NCBI RefSeq assembly: GCF_040938485.1 | Contig: NW_027271855.1 | Coordinates: 1,054,001 to 1,118,000, forward strand | Length of the DNA: 64,000 nucleotides | Reading direction: 5' to 3' | Origin: Diadema antillarum | Lineage: Eukaryota | In this document: positions 1 through 13,665 of the stretch, in pieces | Layout of the letters: each line of letters begins with the position of its first letter | How positions within the stretch are numbered: the stretch's first letter is position 1 | Position numbers and translations under genes: made by a program | The notes under the pieces: model-generated | Databases searched by the model: none | Told to the model about the DNA's origin: nothing | Seen by the model: the letters and a program-made list of their open reading frames with translations, nothing else

Positions 1-1925
1 TTTTCACTATAAATTGGTTGAGTGTTGTTGAATTGGTTTTGTGGCCATTGCCACAGTTTTCAATATCATGATCTATTTATTTCAATATCAGTCAAACTTC
101 TGACAAATGCAAGAACACCCTTCAAGAGAATTTTGATCAATTGTCCTAGGAAGCACATTTAAGATCTTGAAATATGGACGAAAGGTAGTTACAACATGCA
201 ACGTAATTTCGAACAAATCTGTGTTTTCATGTTTTCCCCCTAAACCCACCTAATTTCCTGGCAGTTTTCTAAGTGGTAGGGTCTGTGACTTGGTAATAGG
301 TCACATATAGTGTTCTCAGAACCATTGTCTCAATATTCTATTGCATTTACATATCATATTTTTGGCTTTATCCATGAAAGGATCAACTAAAGTTGTGTGT
401 AGGAATCATCTGTGTCTACAGCATGTTTTTCATGATGTACACTTTTTGAAATAATGGAAACTCATAATGTTCTTAAACAAGACAAGATTTTAAAGTGTTT
501 ACATATTCTAATTTACCATGAATAAGAGTGATACATTTCTTATTCACTCGTTAGAAAATTCATCCATGCTGTACACATCCAGAAACGTTCTAAAAGAAAT
601 GAAGACCAAGAAGTTACTGCTGCTTGTCACTGCCAAGTGCAGTCGAAAGTCGATATTTAGATAGGTAGCCCACTGGGAAAATGCTGGGTGTAGAAATCCA
701 TATATGAGCATCAGACGATAAACTAATTAAGTAGTTAGAGTCCTCCACAAGTCAGATTGAGCGATCCAAACTTGAAGGATGATAAAGAGATGGCAGAAGT
801 CTCGTTTTCTCTCATGTCTGCCATAGCCAAGGCATGTTCGTTTTTCTCATTACCCTAAGTAACTATTTTTCAACGTCTTACACTAAATTATGTTGCACTT
901 TACAATATGCCAAATTCCAAATCAGTGCAGATATCATCAATAATGTCGACCCGAGAAAACTCGCCTGATCACTTTAAATGACACTGACAATCATGTGCAG
1001 TAAAAGTCTGGAAAGATGGCGTGAAACCCCAAACCAGTAACCAAAGTGGCGAGATTACCAGCTGCCAGAGTGTGTTTTCGTGTGAGGCAACAGTTAGAGA
1101 ACACCAAAAGTTGAAATAAACACCTTGATCAAATAAACACGCTTCCTCCAAGGTCAGGAGATCTACCAGGGTTTTGAAATTTTATATTCTAGTTCCAATT
1201 TTTCAGATTTGTGAGAAGATTTCTTCTCATTACAGTCTTGTGGAAAACCAGATGCCAGTAAATTTCAGCAGTCGGAGGGAGCATCCGGTGGAAGGGATGG
1301 AGAAATAGTTTGACAGGGGGATGAGGATAGGCCAACATGGGAGACATTCTAGGCAAGTTTTCGTCTCTCTAATTTAGCAAGGCTGATTGAGCAGCTGGGA
1401 CAGCATTCATCAGTACACACTCCTATGACTATCATATCCCAAAGTGTTTCCATTCATTGTGTAACTCAGAACATTTCTCTTTTTTTTTTTTTTACACTTC
1501 ATGTATTCTGATCATGTCATTTACAACAAGCAATTAAACATGCTATCCTTCAGGAACTGACAGAGGTTTTCAGAAAAAAAAAAGTAAAAAGATGAAGTCA
1601 AAGAAAGTACATTTGTAATAATCTTTACATCAATCCCAGCCCTCCATAAAAAAAAACAGTTAAAACAATAACCTCATATACAGCCATGGCAAGAGGACAT
1701 TGACATGATAGAGTATGTGTTTGTGTTGTTTAGTTTTTCTTCAGTCCAATTACATGAAAGAGGTGTGAGACTAATTAGACCACTGCCCAGACCCTTTAAT
1801 TCTTACTGCTGTCACTACAAAAAAAAAAATGAAGAAATAAATGGAAAATAATGGTCATTGCTTTCCTAACAGCATGATTCAAACTGTGGTCATGGTATTT
1901 TGAGATATTCCACCTTACCTTTTTT

Positions 1926-2492
1926 TTAAAGGACAAGTCCGCCTTTACATACATGTGGATTGAGTGAATGCAGTAATATTAGTAGAACACATCAGTGAAA
2001 GTTTGGGGAAAATCTGACAATCCGTTCAAAAGTTATGAATTTTTAAAGTATCTGCGTAGTCACTGCTGGATGAGAAGACTACTACAGTGTATGATGTCAT
2101 ATGCGTACAACCACATAAAGAAAATAAAAAGAGAATTTCACAAAACTTTACTTTTTGAATAAAGTTCACATTTCTTCGACTTGTTACTGACATATGTTAA
2201 GGGTAATGTTATTCCCCCTGCCTTCTGAAAGAGAGAAGTCGAGTGTTCTGTTGTTATGCGAGAAAAGTGAAAATATGTTGAATTTTGTTTATTCTTTCTT
2301 TATATCGTTGTACTCATGTGACATCACAAGCTATAGTAGTCTTCTCATCCAGCCTTGAGTGAGCAGAAACTTCAAAAATTCATAACTTTTGAACGGATTG
2401 TCCGATTTTCCTCAAACTCTCAATGATGTGCTCTACTAATATTGCTGCATTCACTCAACCCACATGTCTATGAAGGTGAACTTGTCCTTTAA
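1926..2492 (+). mobile_element. T2/Kolobok-like MITE family A, copy 1
   Basis: TTAA|AGGACAAG…CTTGTCCT|TTAA with ~200 bp imperfect inverted arms. TTAA target plus RR termini is the Kolobok/T2 signature. Confidence 0.85.
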
Positions 2493-3144
2493 AGATGTTC
2501 ATGTACAGAAAGATTTTGAAAAGATCACTAAATTACTATTTTGCATATCTGTTGACAAGTACACCAAAGGCATCATACTCTTGTTTCTTTCAATAATTCC
2601 ATTTTAGGAAGATGTCACAAAACTGAGTAATAGAGGAAACCCAACTACATAGGAAATAAGGAGGTGTACGAGTATATGCATGCCGTGTTCTCCTTTCACG
2701 GATATGGGGCAGACTTTTTTACTGCTTGCTCACACCACCACAGAGGCCAGAAAAACATAAGATTATTTACTCATGATGTAGGTAAATGTGTACAAGTGTA
2801 TTGACACAGAGGGGAAGGACCTCATCAAATGGGCTCAGGTGGAAGTCATCCGTTGCTCCTGGATGTTTCACTCCAAGGGTGTTTGCCACCTTTGCCTGCA
2901 CACTGCCAAGGGCATGGGAAATGTCCCTGTTTCTTCCCATACCCCTCTCTCAAGCTGTTTCTGTGGCCAGGGGATCCCAGCCTTGTCTGATCCACCATCA
3001 TTGATCTCCCTGGGTGGAAAACACCTCGTCAGCTAGAGCCAGGAACCCCAATGTCAAAATATGCAACCAATTGGTGAAAAACATACTCTGCATTTAGCAT
3101 ATATAACCACTGATAATGTTCATTATTTTGTCCATGAGAGTACT

Positions 3145-3345
3145 ACTATACAGCAAGATATTTTTGCAGCATGAAATTTTTGCGAATTGGAATTAATAGC
3201 ATTTTTCATGCCATGAAATTTACGCGAATTGCCTCTGGCATTCAATGCATAGTGTAGACAAGAATTTATTGTGTGCATTTTAATTTTGCAAATTTTGGCT
3301 CTTGCAAAATTTGCAAAATTAAAATGCACGCAATAAATTCTTAAT
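3145..3345 (-). mobile_element. Tc1/mariner-like MITE family H, copy 1
   Basis: Shares the GCATTTTAATTT…AAATTAAAATGCA hairpin and CATGCCA(T/C)GAAA core with 18698-18905 and 44337-44627. Confidence 0.6.
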
Positions 3346-3755
3346 TTTTTTGTACATTCTCCCCATTACCTTAGCCAGTCGTAGAAATCTTTTTTGTTTT
3401 CTTTTCCTGTTATCAAGTATCAAAAATATATATGGTATTGTGTATGGGCTTTCCTGGTAATGATTCTATTTTAAATAGCATTATGTCTTGGCATTGGATT
3501 GTGTTAATACATCTGCAGAGAGTAAGTATGATCTGGCAGAGTTAACAGAAAATCCCATCCTTGAAATAAAGTTTTACAGATTTTATTAAGAACATAATGT
3601 CAGCTGAGAACCAGAAGGGAGCTATTGCAATTTTAGGGGGTTTTGAGTTATTGGTATCATGTTGTAGAGCTTGATCTTCTCTATATCATGGTGTCAGTTT
3701 CAAATTATTCTTATTTTTAGGAAAATGTTTAAAATCTAAACCAATAATTTACATG

Positions 3756-3783
<28 letters not shown>
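3756..3783. repeat. (CA)n microsatellite
   Basis: Visible directly. Confidence 0.95.
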
Positions 3784-3786
<3 letters not shown>

Positions 3787-5572
3787 ATTTCAAATTAAAT
3801 TGCAAAGCAATTCAACCAGTGTTTCAGGCAGCCTTACAGTCTTAAAATGATGATGGCCTTAACTGAAGCATGTCTCTGTTCAACTAATATTTAGTATCAT
3901 CTCGAAATCAACTTGTACAAGACTTTCTATACACTCACATTTTCCTTCATTCCAGATCCGTTTTTCAACCGCATGCCATCCTATCCTGCAAAACATCACC
4001 ACTGCACACCCTTTCAACCAGAAGTGTGAACCAATCTCTCACTGCCTAATCTGATGGTGGTCTTTATGCATTATTACTTGTGGGTTAAAGTCATCTCTTC
4101 TCCAAATAATGCCCATATATAGATGCAAACTTATGCCCTGTAACCAGCAATCCTACGTGTGTATCTTGGTGATTCCAGGGCTCTTTGCCTCAAAATATCT
4201 GCTGGCCATTGTACTTGCTCCTCTCAAATGCCCTCCAATTTGTCTACAGCTCCATAGTGATGACAGCCTCCCTCTTTTCTTTCTCACCTTTTTATTCTCT
4301 GTCTCCTTTCCACAATCTGTCAGTGTGGTTTTCTCACTATCTCCATGTCTTTCAGTCTCTCTCTCTCTTTCCCTTGGTGGGCTACTTACTTTAGCCTCTG
4401 AATGCTTCATCTTTCCAGTTCATCTTGTGCATGCCTGTGATTAAAATGGTGCAGGCTTGAAAAAAAAATATGGTGATTTGAACATAACTTGTAGTTTTTC
4501 CTTGTGTTATTGTATACTGTCTGTCTCTTTTGATGATACAGAATTTACACTGGTACTCCTATGCAAGTGGATACCCAATGTACAAGTCCACATATCTGTT
4601 TGTGGCTCATAATTTTCTTTTTGCTTTTTTGTGCCTTTCAATCATGATATTACACATCATGTAAATCAATAAGAAGGACAAAAAGGGCCATTACCACATA
4701 AGGTTTCTGTTATTTATGAGGCATAACCTATTGTTGGAAGGCATAAAATATAATGATGGTTGACTTCAATGGTAATTGGTATATTCCCTAGCCCTTACAT
4801 TGATTTGCAATTATTGCTTGTTGATATATATGTATATCTGGAATAAAACTTGGAATCTATTGATTGTGTTATTTCTTTCTTTTTTCTTTTTTATGATAGA
4901 TGGAGGGATACAACTGCAAGTGTTAATAATGCATAATTGGCTGATTTTGTGAAAAGGGGGCCTGTTAACTATGATGTAAACACAGCAACATTACCCTATC
5001 ATGATGGAAAACTTTGATGAGGTGACAAAAGCATTTGGCAAGTTTATGGAGCTTGGTCAATGGCAGTGTAAATCCTGTTGATAGCAAAGATTAATCCTCT
5101 GCCACAGCTGTCTACACACCAAGCTTGTCATGGAACAGATCATCGCAGGCCAGGTTTATAGGGAAGGTAATATTTCTCGTTTCACTCTCGGTGCATTTTG
5201 TGGAAACCACAGGATTCAGAATGGTCTTCCCAGACAGACCTGAGGAGAGGCTGACATGTCTAAAGCAAAGAATATAGAAAAAGGCAGCATCTCAAGCTAT
5301 CTGTTCTGTGAATACGTATGAAATATGTATACACACACACCTATATACCACTTAATATATTTTCTTGATGTTTGTTTTCTTATTGGTCTATATTGACATT
5401 TCTTTCATATTCCCTATAAACTCCCTTTATTCCCAAATAGAAAATATAATGATAAAAAAGCTTATGAATATCAGTATGAATTATAGTGAAGTTTGCCTTG
5501 GAGAAATGTTTAATTATTTCCAATGTAGTGTCTCGACATTTTTCATCTTCAATGTAGTTGGGCTTTGTTTAT

Positions 5573-5880
5573 GGGTGCATCTGTCAACTCACTTTTAGTG
5601 CAGAATTAAGGTTTCCAAACAACTTTTAGAGTTTTTGGCAGTTGATAAACACAAAGCTGTTTTGATTATGGGTTAGAAATGCATTTCTGAAATGCCGAAA
5701 AAAGTACTCGCAGTAGAGTTGATGAATGCCAACCACTGCCAACTACACATCTCCCCTCATCGGGTAAAACTGCACGATGGAGCTGGGCAGCAATGACTTG
5801 TAAGCCTCCCAATCGACCCATGACAGGGAGTTAATAAATGCAACAACTTGAGAAACACAATCTGAAAGGCATTTGCAGAC
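5573..5880 (+). repeat. Dispersed repeat family I, copy 1
   Basis: CAGAATTAA…TTTCCAAACAACTTT…GGCAGTTGATAAA…AACCACTGCCAACTACACATC also occurs at 17785-18135. Confidence 0.7.
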
Positions 5881-6720
5881 ATACAATCTGTTTTCTTTAC
5901 TTTTGCTGTATTATACATGTATGGTATAGTACTTTTGTTGTATAAAGATATACATGCAGGCCTACATGTATGGCATGGATGTACTTGTATGTACTTAATG
6001 TTGACTCATATTTACCAGAGTTATTTTTCTGACAAATCACAGTTCATGACCATTACCTTGAGACCGAGGGCTACTACTTTAAAGAGTGACAACAAATGAA
6101 TTATTAGTTTTAAAGTGCCTACTGTAAATATTTTTGTAATAGATTAATATGATCATTGAAACTTAATTGCAAATTGTGAGATGATTTCCGTTCATATCTT
6201 CAAGCAGACTAAAAAAGCTCAAATGTATGAGTTTATTTACCATTGAACATGCCCAGATTTTTTCTCTTTATAGCTTTTTTTGTGTATAATAGTTTAAAAC
6301 TGTAATATTGTGGAAATTGGTCTGAAATATTAGACTAGTTGCCTGTCCTGCTGCTATCCAAGAGTAGGCCCATTTACACTTGCTTGGAAAAATCGTGACA
6401 TTTGGGTGCAAGTTGCTAGGCAACTACACCCAAACGCCCTCGAAACATCGCCAGAAAAATCGCCAGCCGGAGTGCGATTTTTTGAAACATCGCGATGTTT
6501 GAGTCGAAGTTAAGCCAGTGTAAACCCAAGCTGCAGAAATATCGTGATTTTTCATCACATGACTTTCGATATCGTATTGCACCGGGAGTTTACGCGCGCT
6601 CCCGATCCCTCTTTGGAACATGTAGAGAGTACGTCAGCCGCTGTCCAGAGTACAGGGTACATGCTGTACAGGGAAACGCCGATCCTCGGCTCGTGGTCTC
6701 TCACCTCCCTGATGAAACTA

Positions 6721-7628
6721 TAGTTACGTTCAGACGACAAGCCTTAACCTCTGGGTTAGGAAACCTCGAGGTTAAGCTTGTAGTTGGGGACGGTGAAGAT
6801 GCACTCGTAGTTAGCTAACCTTGAGGTTAGCTCGATGTTGAGAGCCACGAGAAATCCTATGGTTAGCGCTCTAACCACGAGCCGCAGGGGGTCCCAACTC
6901 GTAGTTAAGCACCGTGTGGACTCAAAAATCAACGCACTCAAAGGGGCAGGAATTTAACTTCGAGGTTTCGTAACCTCAAGGTTAAGATTCGTCGTGTGGA
7001 CGCACGTCGAAGTTAGGGGGCAAGAGCTTAAAGGACAAGTTTACCTTCATAGACATGTGAGTTGAGTGAATGCAGCAATATTAGGAGAACACATCAGTGA
7101 GAGTTTGAGGAAAATCGGACAATCCGTTCAAAAGTTATGAATTTTTGAAGTTTCTGCTCAGGCACGGCTGGATGAAAAGACTACTATAGCTTGTGATGTC
7201 ACACGAGTACAACGATATAAGAAAGAATAAAAGAAATTCAACATATTTCCATTTTTCTCGCATAACAAAAGAACACTCGACTTCTCTCTTTCAGAAGGCA
7301 GGGGGAATAATATTACCCTTAACATACGTCAGTAGCAAGTCGAAGAAATGTGCACTTTATTCAAAAAGTAAAGTCTTGTGAAATTCTCTTTTTATTTTCC
7401 TTATATAGTTGTACGCATGTGACATCATACACTGTAGTAGTCTTCTCTTCCAGCAGTGACTGCGCAGATACTTAAAATATTCGTAACTTTTGAACGGATT
7501 GTCCAATTTTCCTCAAACTTTCACTGATGTGTTCTACTAATATTGCTGCATTCTCTCAATCCTTATGTCTGTGAGGGTGGACTTGTCCTTTAACCTCGAG
7601 GTTAGGGCTTGTCGTCTGAACGTAACTA
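6721..7628 (-). mobile_element. MITE family B, internally deleted copy interrupted by MITE A
   Basis: TIR TAGTTACGTTCAGACG / CGTCTGAACGTAACTA. Both ends match the reverse complement of the ends of 28853-29636. Confidence 0.85.
7028..7593 (-). mobile_element. T2/Kolobok-like MITE family A, copy 2 (inserted in MITE B)
   Basis: Same termini and TTAA duplication. The core is the reverse complement of copy 1. Confidence 0.85.
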
Positions 7629-10600
7629 ATATTGTAGGACCCCTATATGAAAACTAGTAACAAACCTGGATTTCTCTAACCACGTATCATCACCCCAGAA
7701 CGACTTAACAAAATATAATGTTCTCCCAGAAATGCATTGATTTTGGGAGTTCCCATACTGTTCTCGGTATACGTTGACTTTGAGGAATACAGGAGTAGGC
7801 CTACGTAACAAGTGTCAGTAAAACAACCATTGAGTTCTTGCTGTTGCCTGATGCAATACCAGTCCTTAGAAAAACGAGCCTACTTCTCACTTTCATCATA
7901 TCGGCGAAATTTTATGATCCTCCTTAATGCTACTTTCATCAACTTTCCCATACTAAGCTGAAGTTTTGCACACCTGCTACGTATGTGATCTAATATAGCA
8001 AGTGTTATAGTTTTACCGTAAGTTTACACTCTCAAGAAACACAAATTTATGTGTGCATTGGACTGATAAAAAGCCCTGGCTTAACGTTCCAACCAGCTAG
8101 CTAGCTGTGAGCAAAATAGACTAGCTGCACTGGTACTGCAGTGAATACGAATAGCCCGCGCTTTCACTCGTCTACCGTGTTGAAGAGAGGTAAATGACAC
8201 ATGCCCACTACCGACCAAAAAATTGCGATGTTTCGTGAAGCTCAAACTTCACATGTTTTTGCGCAAGTGTAAACGGTGGAACCAAAATATCGCGATTTTA
8301 AAAATCGCGCTGTTAGTAGGTGTAAATGTAGCTACTGTTAACTTTTGAGAGTGTTAGAGGATGGGTGTCCATGGTGATATAAGTACATCAGTATTTTGGA
8401 TGATTGTTGTTTATACTCTCACTCATTTTCACCAGTGGTTAGGAACAGCGGGAATGGAGTACATGGATGTGAATATCTTGTGCAAAGTGAAATTGATACT
8501 TGCATAACCCCAAACATTTGTATTGATTTTTACGGATTTGAAAGCTTCTTTGATATTATGTTTGTATGTAAAGTCAGTAGTTCTCTAGGTAAAAAGTATA
8601 CAAATATCTTCAAGAACTTAATCCATTTGTTTTGATTGACACCAAAATAGGCCCATATAAAAATTTTGTTTCATGCTCCAATAAAGAAAAAGAACAGCAT
8701 AGGAGGAATATCAAAGTATAGATAAAATAAGCGAAAGTAAGTCTCAGCAGCTTTTTGTATTGGAGGTACTTACATAAGATTTCTAAACATTTATGAGAAT
8801 CATTGAATTACTTGTGTTCTACTGTTAAATATATTTTTTAAAAAGTGAGTGTCATAAATATCCTTATGTTCATATCATCAAGAGAAAAAAAACCAATAAT
8901 TTGTGCATTTGACCATTTTGAACTAATTGTTTGCAGTTCCTTTTGAAATTGATGTGTGTTGACAAACCAGACTAAGGCTCTTGTAGTATTGTTATAGGAT
9001 AAAAAGGTATTATTTCAGGACTTCTTGTAGAAGTTTGGCCTGAATCCTGAAAAGACTTAGACTGTCATCATCATAATAAAACCCATTGAGTACTTATCTC
9101 CTCAAAGAAGAGTATGATATCTTACTTTGTCATCCATATAATTGACTCTGCCACCAGAAATTGACAAAGACAAAGCTGAGCTCTATTCTATTCTGTGTTG
9201 GCTTCAAAGAGAAGTGAAATTCAATCGTTATTTCACTAAGAAAGAACAAAAAAAAAACACATCATAACATATAGCACATATGTTAAATACTATAAAAGTA
9301 TGTAATATGAGACAAGCATTGATTCAATGCAAAGTCATCATGTGAGCTTTGTTAGGACCTACTCTTACTTTAAATGAAAGCATCATAATGTCCACTTCCT
9401 ATATTCTACATTTGCCCTTGGCACACATACCAAATAGCATTGCCTTGTACACAATAGGCCACTCAAAAGGACTTCTTTCTCTGACCAAATGTCTCAAAAT
9501 ATCATGTCTTTCACAGCGATTACTGCAACTCGCCAGCATTTTGGGGGTACATCTGAAAAAATCATCATCTTTTCAACTCCTGCTCTTTGAAAATTCTTCC
9601 ATACTTTTTATCAATGGAGGGGAGATCAGTTTCCCTTGCCAAGGTCATAGAACAATCAAAAAGGGCAAAATTCCACCATAATGAGGCAGGGAAGGCAGGG
9701 CCATCAGTAAAGCTTGTCTGGTGGGGTGTCCAAGCTTTTTCTTTCTTCTTTTTCAGGAGTATCACACATAAAGAGTAATTTTAGTCTTGTGATTATTTTC
9801 CATTTTTCTGTAGCTCAGAACCTTCCCAAATTAAATTCACCAGTATTTCTAGCAACAAATCCATGAGTAAATTGTTGATGTTTAGCATTTGGCAGTTGTT
9901 ATCTGATTTCATACATCACTTAGATCAATGATATATATCGAGGTGATAAGAACAAAAGCAACAACTGCTCTCACTGTACATAAACCAAGGGAGGTTTGTG
10001 AATGGATGACACCACCACCTTTGCTAATTTGCATATGCTTAGATGCAACCAGTATTGACCAAACCTGTTAATAATTCCCGTACATTTCCTATCTCATGTC
10101 AAATTGTGTAACTCAACTTGATTGACAAATTGATTGGTCTAGAAATGCACTTGATAGGCTCTACAAAGAACTTAAAGAAAAGAAATGTGATTATCATGAT
10201 TTCAAAATTGCTCGCTGTTGAATATTACATAGTAGTCATCAAAGCTCAAACCAGGCACAGCCTACAGTGATCATGAATGCCATCTTCAGATGGACTTTAT
10301 TAATAGAAAGTGGGAGGGCTTCCACAAAAAGTTGTCTGTCCCCTTTACCAAAGTCTTCAGGATGATTATGCTAATGAGCGCTCCCTAATTTCATTGGTGC
10401 ACTGGTGATCTGGTTTTGCACTGAGTGTACCCTTTGGTTGCCAGTGGCCAATAAGATTAAATTCTTTTCCATATGTGAATAATCTGATACGATCTTGGCA
10501 TTTACAGGACACTTCCCTTGCTAAGGTGGTGTTAAACTTTTTTTGGAATCACTGTGGACAGAAAGGGATCAGACTGGTTTATCTTGTTAGACTTCCAAAG

Positions 10601-11331
10601 CCTGGAAAAAATGCATACATGTAGTCTCAAATTTTTGGTAGAATTATGACAGCTCTATACCATTTGTCAAGGCTACCCTGAATACCAGTTAGGCTATATA
10701 CTTTTTGTGTATCAGTCTCTGCTTGCGTGGCAAAAATCTGTATATCACAAATGATTCAGTGTGATTTTGCTTTCTGTAACAGCTAGAATGGCTCCAATAA
10801 AAATCAATACTTCTTAAAAGTTTAAGTTTGAAAGAGTATGTTGAGTATATTGTATTTTCTTTATGCTGAACATTCCTTTCAGTACAAGTTGTCTGTATAA
10901 TTGATACTGTACAATATTGTATGATTTTCATTACTTTGCTTGGAAGGTGATGATTCAGGTCAGACTGATCCAATGATAGTACAATAGTAAGGTACGATAG
11001 TTTGAAAGTTAGATTTAGTGAAACAGGAAGGAAGTTGTCCTCTGCAGTTTACTCCATTGAATATATCCTGCAAATATTGAGCTTGACACCCCTGCATGAA
11101 TGATTGGGCAGAAAGATGGTTTCTATATTATATCACCGTATACACCAGCTAAACCCATCAAGTTGTGGTCAACCCTGGCACAGAATTAGCAATATAGCCA
11201 GGTCCCACTCACCAAGCACCTACTCCTCCAGAAAGAGAGATGTGCAACCCCAGTCCATCTCTCTTTCACATTCTCATTCTCTTCTCTCTATTCCTCCCTT
11301 CCTCCCACTCTCTGCATTCCTCTTTCCTTCA

Positions 11332-11358
11332 GTCCATCCATCCATCCATCCATCCATC
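11332..11358. repeat. (TCCA)n microsatellite
   Basis: Visible directly. Confidence 0.95.
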
Positions 11359-11379
11359 CTTCTGTTAACCAATCTCAAT

Positions 11380-11597
11380 GGCCCGAATTCACAAAGGTGG
11401 TTTAAACTTAGACCGTGGTACAAATTTAGACCATGGTCTAAAATAAGCGTTAAATAGGCGTACCAATACATGCGCGCATCAGTGCACGTTTTTTTGCTGG
11501 ATGCCCGTTAGCGTACGCAATCTGTCAATCATATCTACGCAGAAGAAATATACATAAATCATGGTTTAAATTTAGACCACCTTCGTAAATTCAGGCC
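11380..11597. mobile_element. Harbinger-like MITE
   Basis: TIR GGCCCGAATTCACAAAGGTGGT / ACCACCTTCGTAAATTCAGGCC; 3-bp flanks AAT/CAT. Confidence 0.6.
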
Positions 11598-12540
11598 CAT
11601 ATGTTTATGTTACTTTCTCTCTGTGCGTACTGTCTCCTTATCTCCCCTGCCTACCCTCTCCATCACAGTGGACACTGGTTTTATCTGTCACCCACTGTCT
11701 TATTTCTCATCCTAATTAGTAAATAGCAAAGCTGCATCTTTGTAAGATAGCTGTATTACAGTGATATGATTTCATGATCCCCTAGAGGCCACTTGTACCT
11801 TCCCTTGTGCCTCTGTCCTCAATTGAACGCTCACTCATGCTCTCTCCCTTGTTTCTCTGTCTCTTTTCTCACAATGCACCCTGCCTTGACCCTCCCAGTG
11901 TTCCTTCCCCTCGTTTTCCAGCATGTATCTGTCATCGACAGAAGGGGCAAATTCTGGTCAAAAGCTGCTTTTTAAATCAAAAAGTTAAAATCCTTTTGTC
12001 TCAGGACAATTAGATTATGAGCAATGTACTTTTGATATTGGAGATGGCTGTTTTTATAAATGTGAGGTATGTGTTGTAAGGCATAAGGTGTTATGCTGCA
12101 CGAGTGTTGGATGTAGACTATGTGACTTTGTTTATAAGTCACTGTGTTGATAGTATGTAGCACATGGAGATGAAAGAGAATGTTTAAAATGGTGCTGCAG
12201 GCATTAGCATGAAGACAGCAATGCCAGAAACTGGATGCAAAACTTGGCATTTTTTCTTTTATATTGTTTGTTTTCTTTCCCGACACCTACCTAAAAGTGC
12301 ATGCAGGATATTCAAATTAAACAATGCATTTTAAATTTAGTGCATTCACTGTATCATCATTTATGCTGTAAGTTTGCACTGTGTGTAATATTTGTCTGAT
12401 TGCTGAATAGAAATGATATTGACAATAACGATCATGAAACTCTGATAATATCTAAGTGCCAAATTAGTGGAATATAGAGTTTCTAAGTCCAAATTCATCC
12501 GACTTGTTACTGCCTGAAAAGTCACAGACTGATTTGCAAT

Positions 12541-13665
12541 TTTTGTCTCGCCCACCGGAGGTGAAGGCGAGACTAAGGGATCCAAATGGCGTCCGTCCGT
12601 CGTCCGTCCGTCGTCCGTCACAAATGTTAAAGTTTACCTGCAAGACTCTCTTATGATGCATAACTTGGCAACTGTTACAGCAATGGCAGCCACACTTGGG
12701 TGATAGAAGCACTAGGGGTATCTTCATGTTATGGTGTTGTCGGAGGTCATGTGATGATGTCAAAGGTCATTTGAGGTCATATATTAAACAGTATGTGCAA
12801 GACTCTCTTTTCTATGTTGAAGTTTACCTGCAAGACTCTCTTTTGATAAATAACTTCACATAAGTTGCTTGGATTACAACCTAACTTGGGTCATAGATGC
12901 ACTGGGGGTACCTTCATGTTATGGTGCCGTTGGAGGTCACAGGATAAGGTCAATGGTCATTTGAGGTCATACTTTAAAGTTTACTTGCAAGACTCTCTTA
13001 TCACACGTAACTTGACACATGTTGCTACAATGGCAATCAAACTTGGGTGATGGATGCACTGGGGGTACTTTCATGTTATGGTGCCGTAAGAGGTCACATG
13101 ATAAGGTCAAAAGGTCACAGACAGGGGTCAACGAACTTTTAGGGCCCAATGTTAAGTATTTTGATTATGGCTCGTAACTTTTGATCCCCTTGTATGTTTG
13201 CGACCAAACTTGGATGGTAGATGTCCCTTGGGGAGGTGAAGGTCATCACAAGGTCAAAGGTCACAGACAGGGGTCAACAAATTTTTAGGGCCCAATGTTA
13301 TGTTTTTATGGCGCGTTTTGATTATGGCTCATAACTTTTGATCCCTTTGTCCGTTTGTGACCAAACTTGGATGGTAGATGTCCCTTGGGGAGGTGAAGGT
13401 CATCACAAGGTCAAAGGTCACAGACAGGGGTCAACAAATTTTTAGGGCCCAATGTTAAGTTTTTCTTGCGGGTTTCGATTATGGCTCATAACTTTTGATC
13501 CCTTTGTCTGTTTGTGACCAAACTTGGATGGTAAATGTCCCTTGGGGAGTTGAAGGTCACCACAAGGTCAAAGGTCATAGGTGGGTCAATGAACTTCTGG
13601 GAGTTAGAAAAATATTAATTTCTTGTACGCGAATGAGCGAGACACAATTTGGCACTTGCCTTGTT
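12541..13665 (+). mobile_element. Helentron-associated non-autonomous element (HINE / DINE-1-like) with internal ~150 bp tandem arrays
   Basis: 5' TTTTGTCTCGCC…GGCGAGAC inverted repeat, then a (GTCC/GTC)n microsatellite at 12590-12620, tandem units, a 3' subTIR GCGAGACACAA, a short GGCACTTGCC stem-loop and TT flanks. Confidence 0.75.

Larger units (their letters stand above)
6366..8334. mobile_element. Putative Harbinger-like non-autonomous element C, host of nested MITEs B and A
   Basis: Imperfect TIRs AGGCCCATTTACAC / GTGTAAATGTAGCT. A GTGTAAAC…AAATATCG(T/C)GATTTT motif recurs in both flanks, and both flanks are CpG-rich. Confidence 0.5.

Noticed and set aside
1000-1130. Possible degenerate C2H2 finger (SCQSVFSCEATVREHQKLK)
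   Set aside because: Ligand spacing is wrong, the second His is missing, and there is no ORF or splice context.
12620-13620. Regular repeats as a CRISPR-like array
   Set aside because: Eukaryotic context; the units are ~150 bp tandem monomers with no unique spacers and no cas genes.
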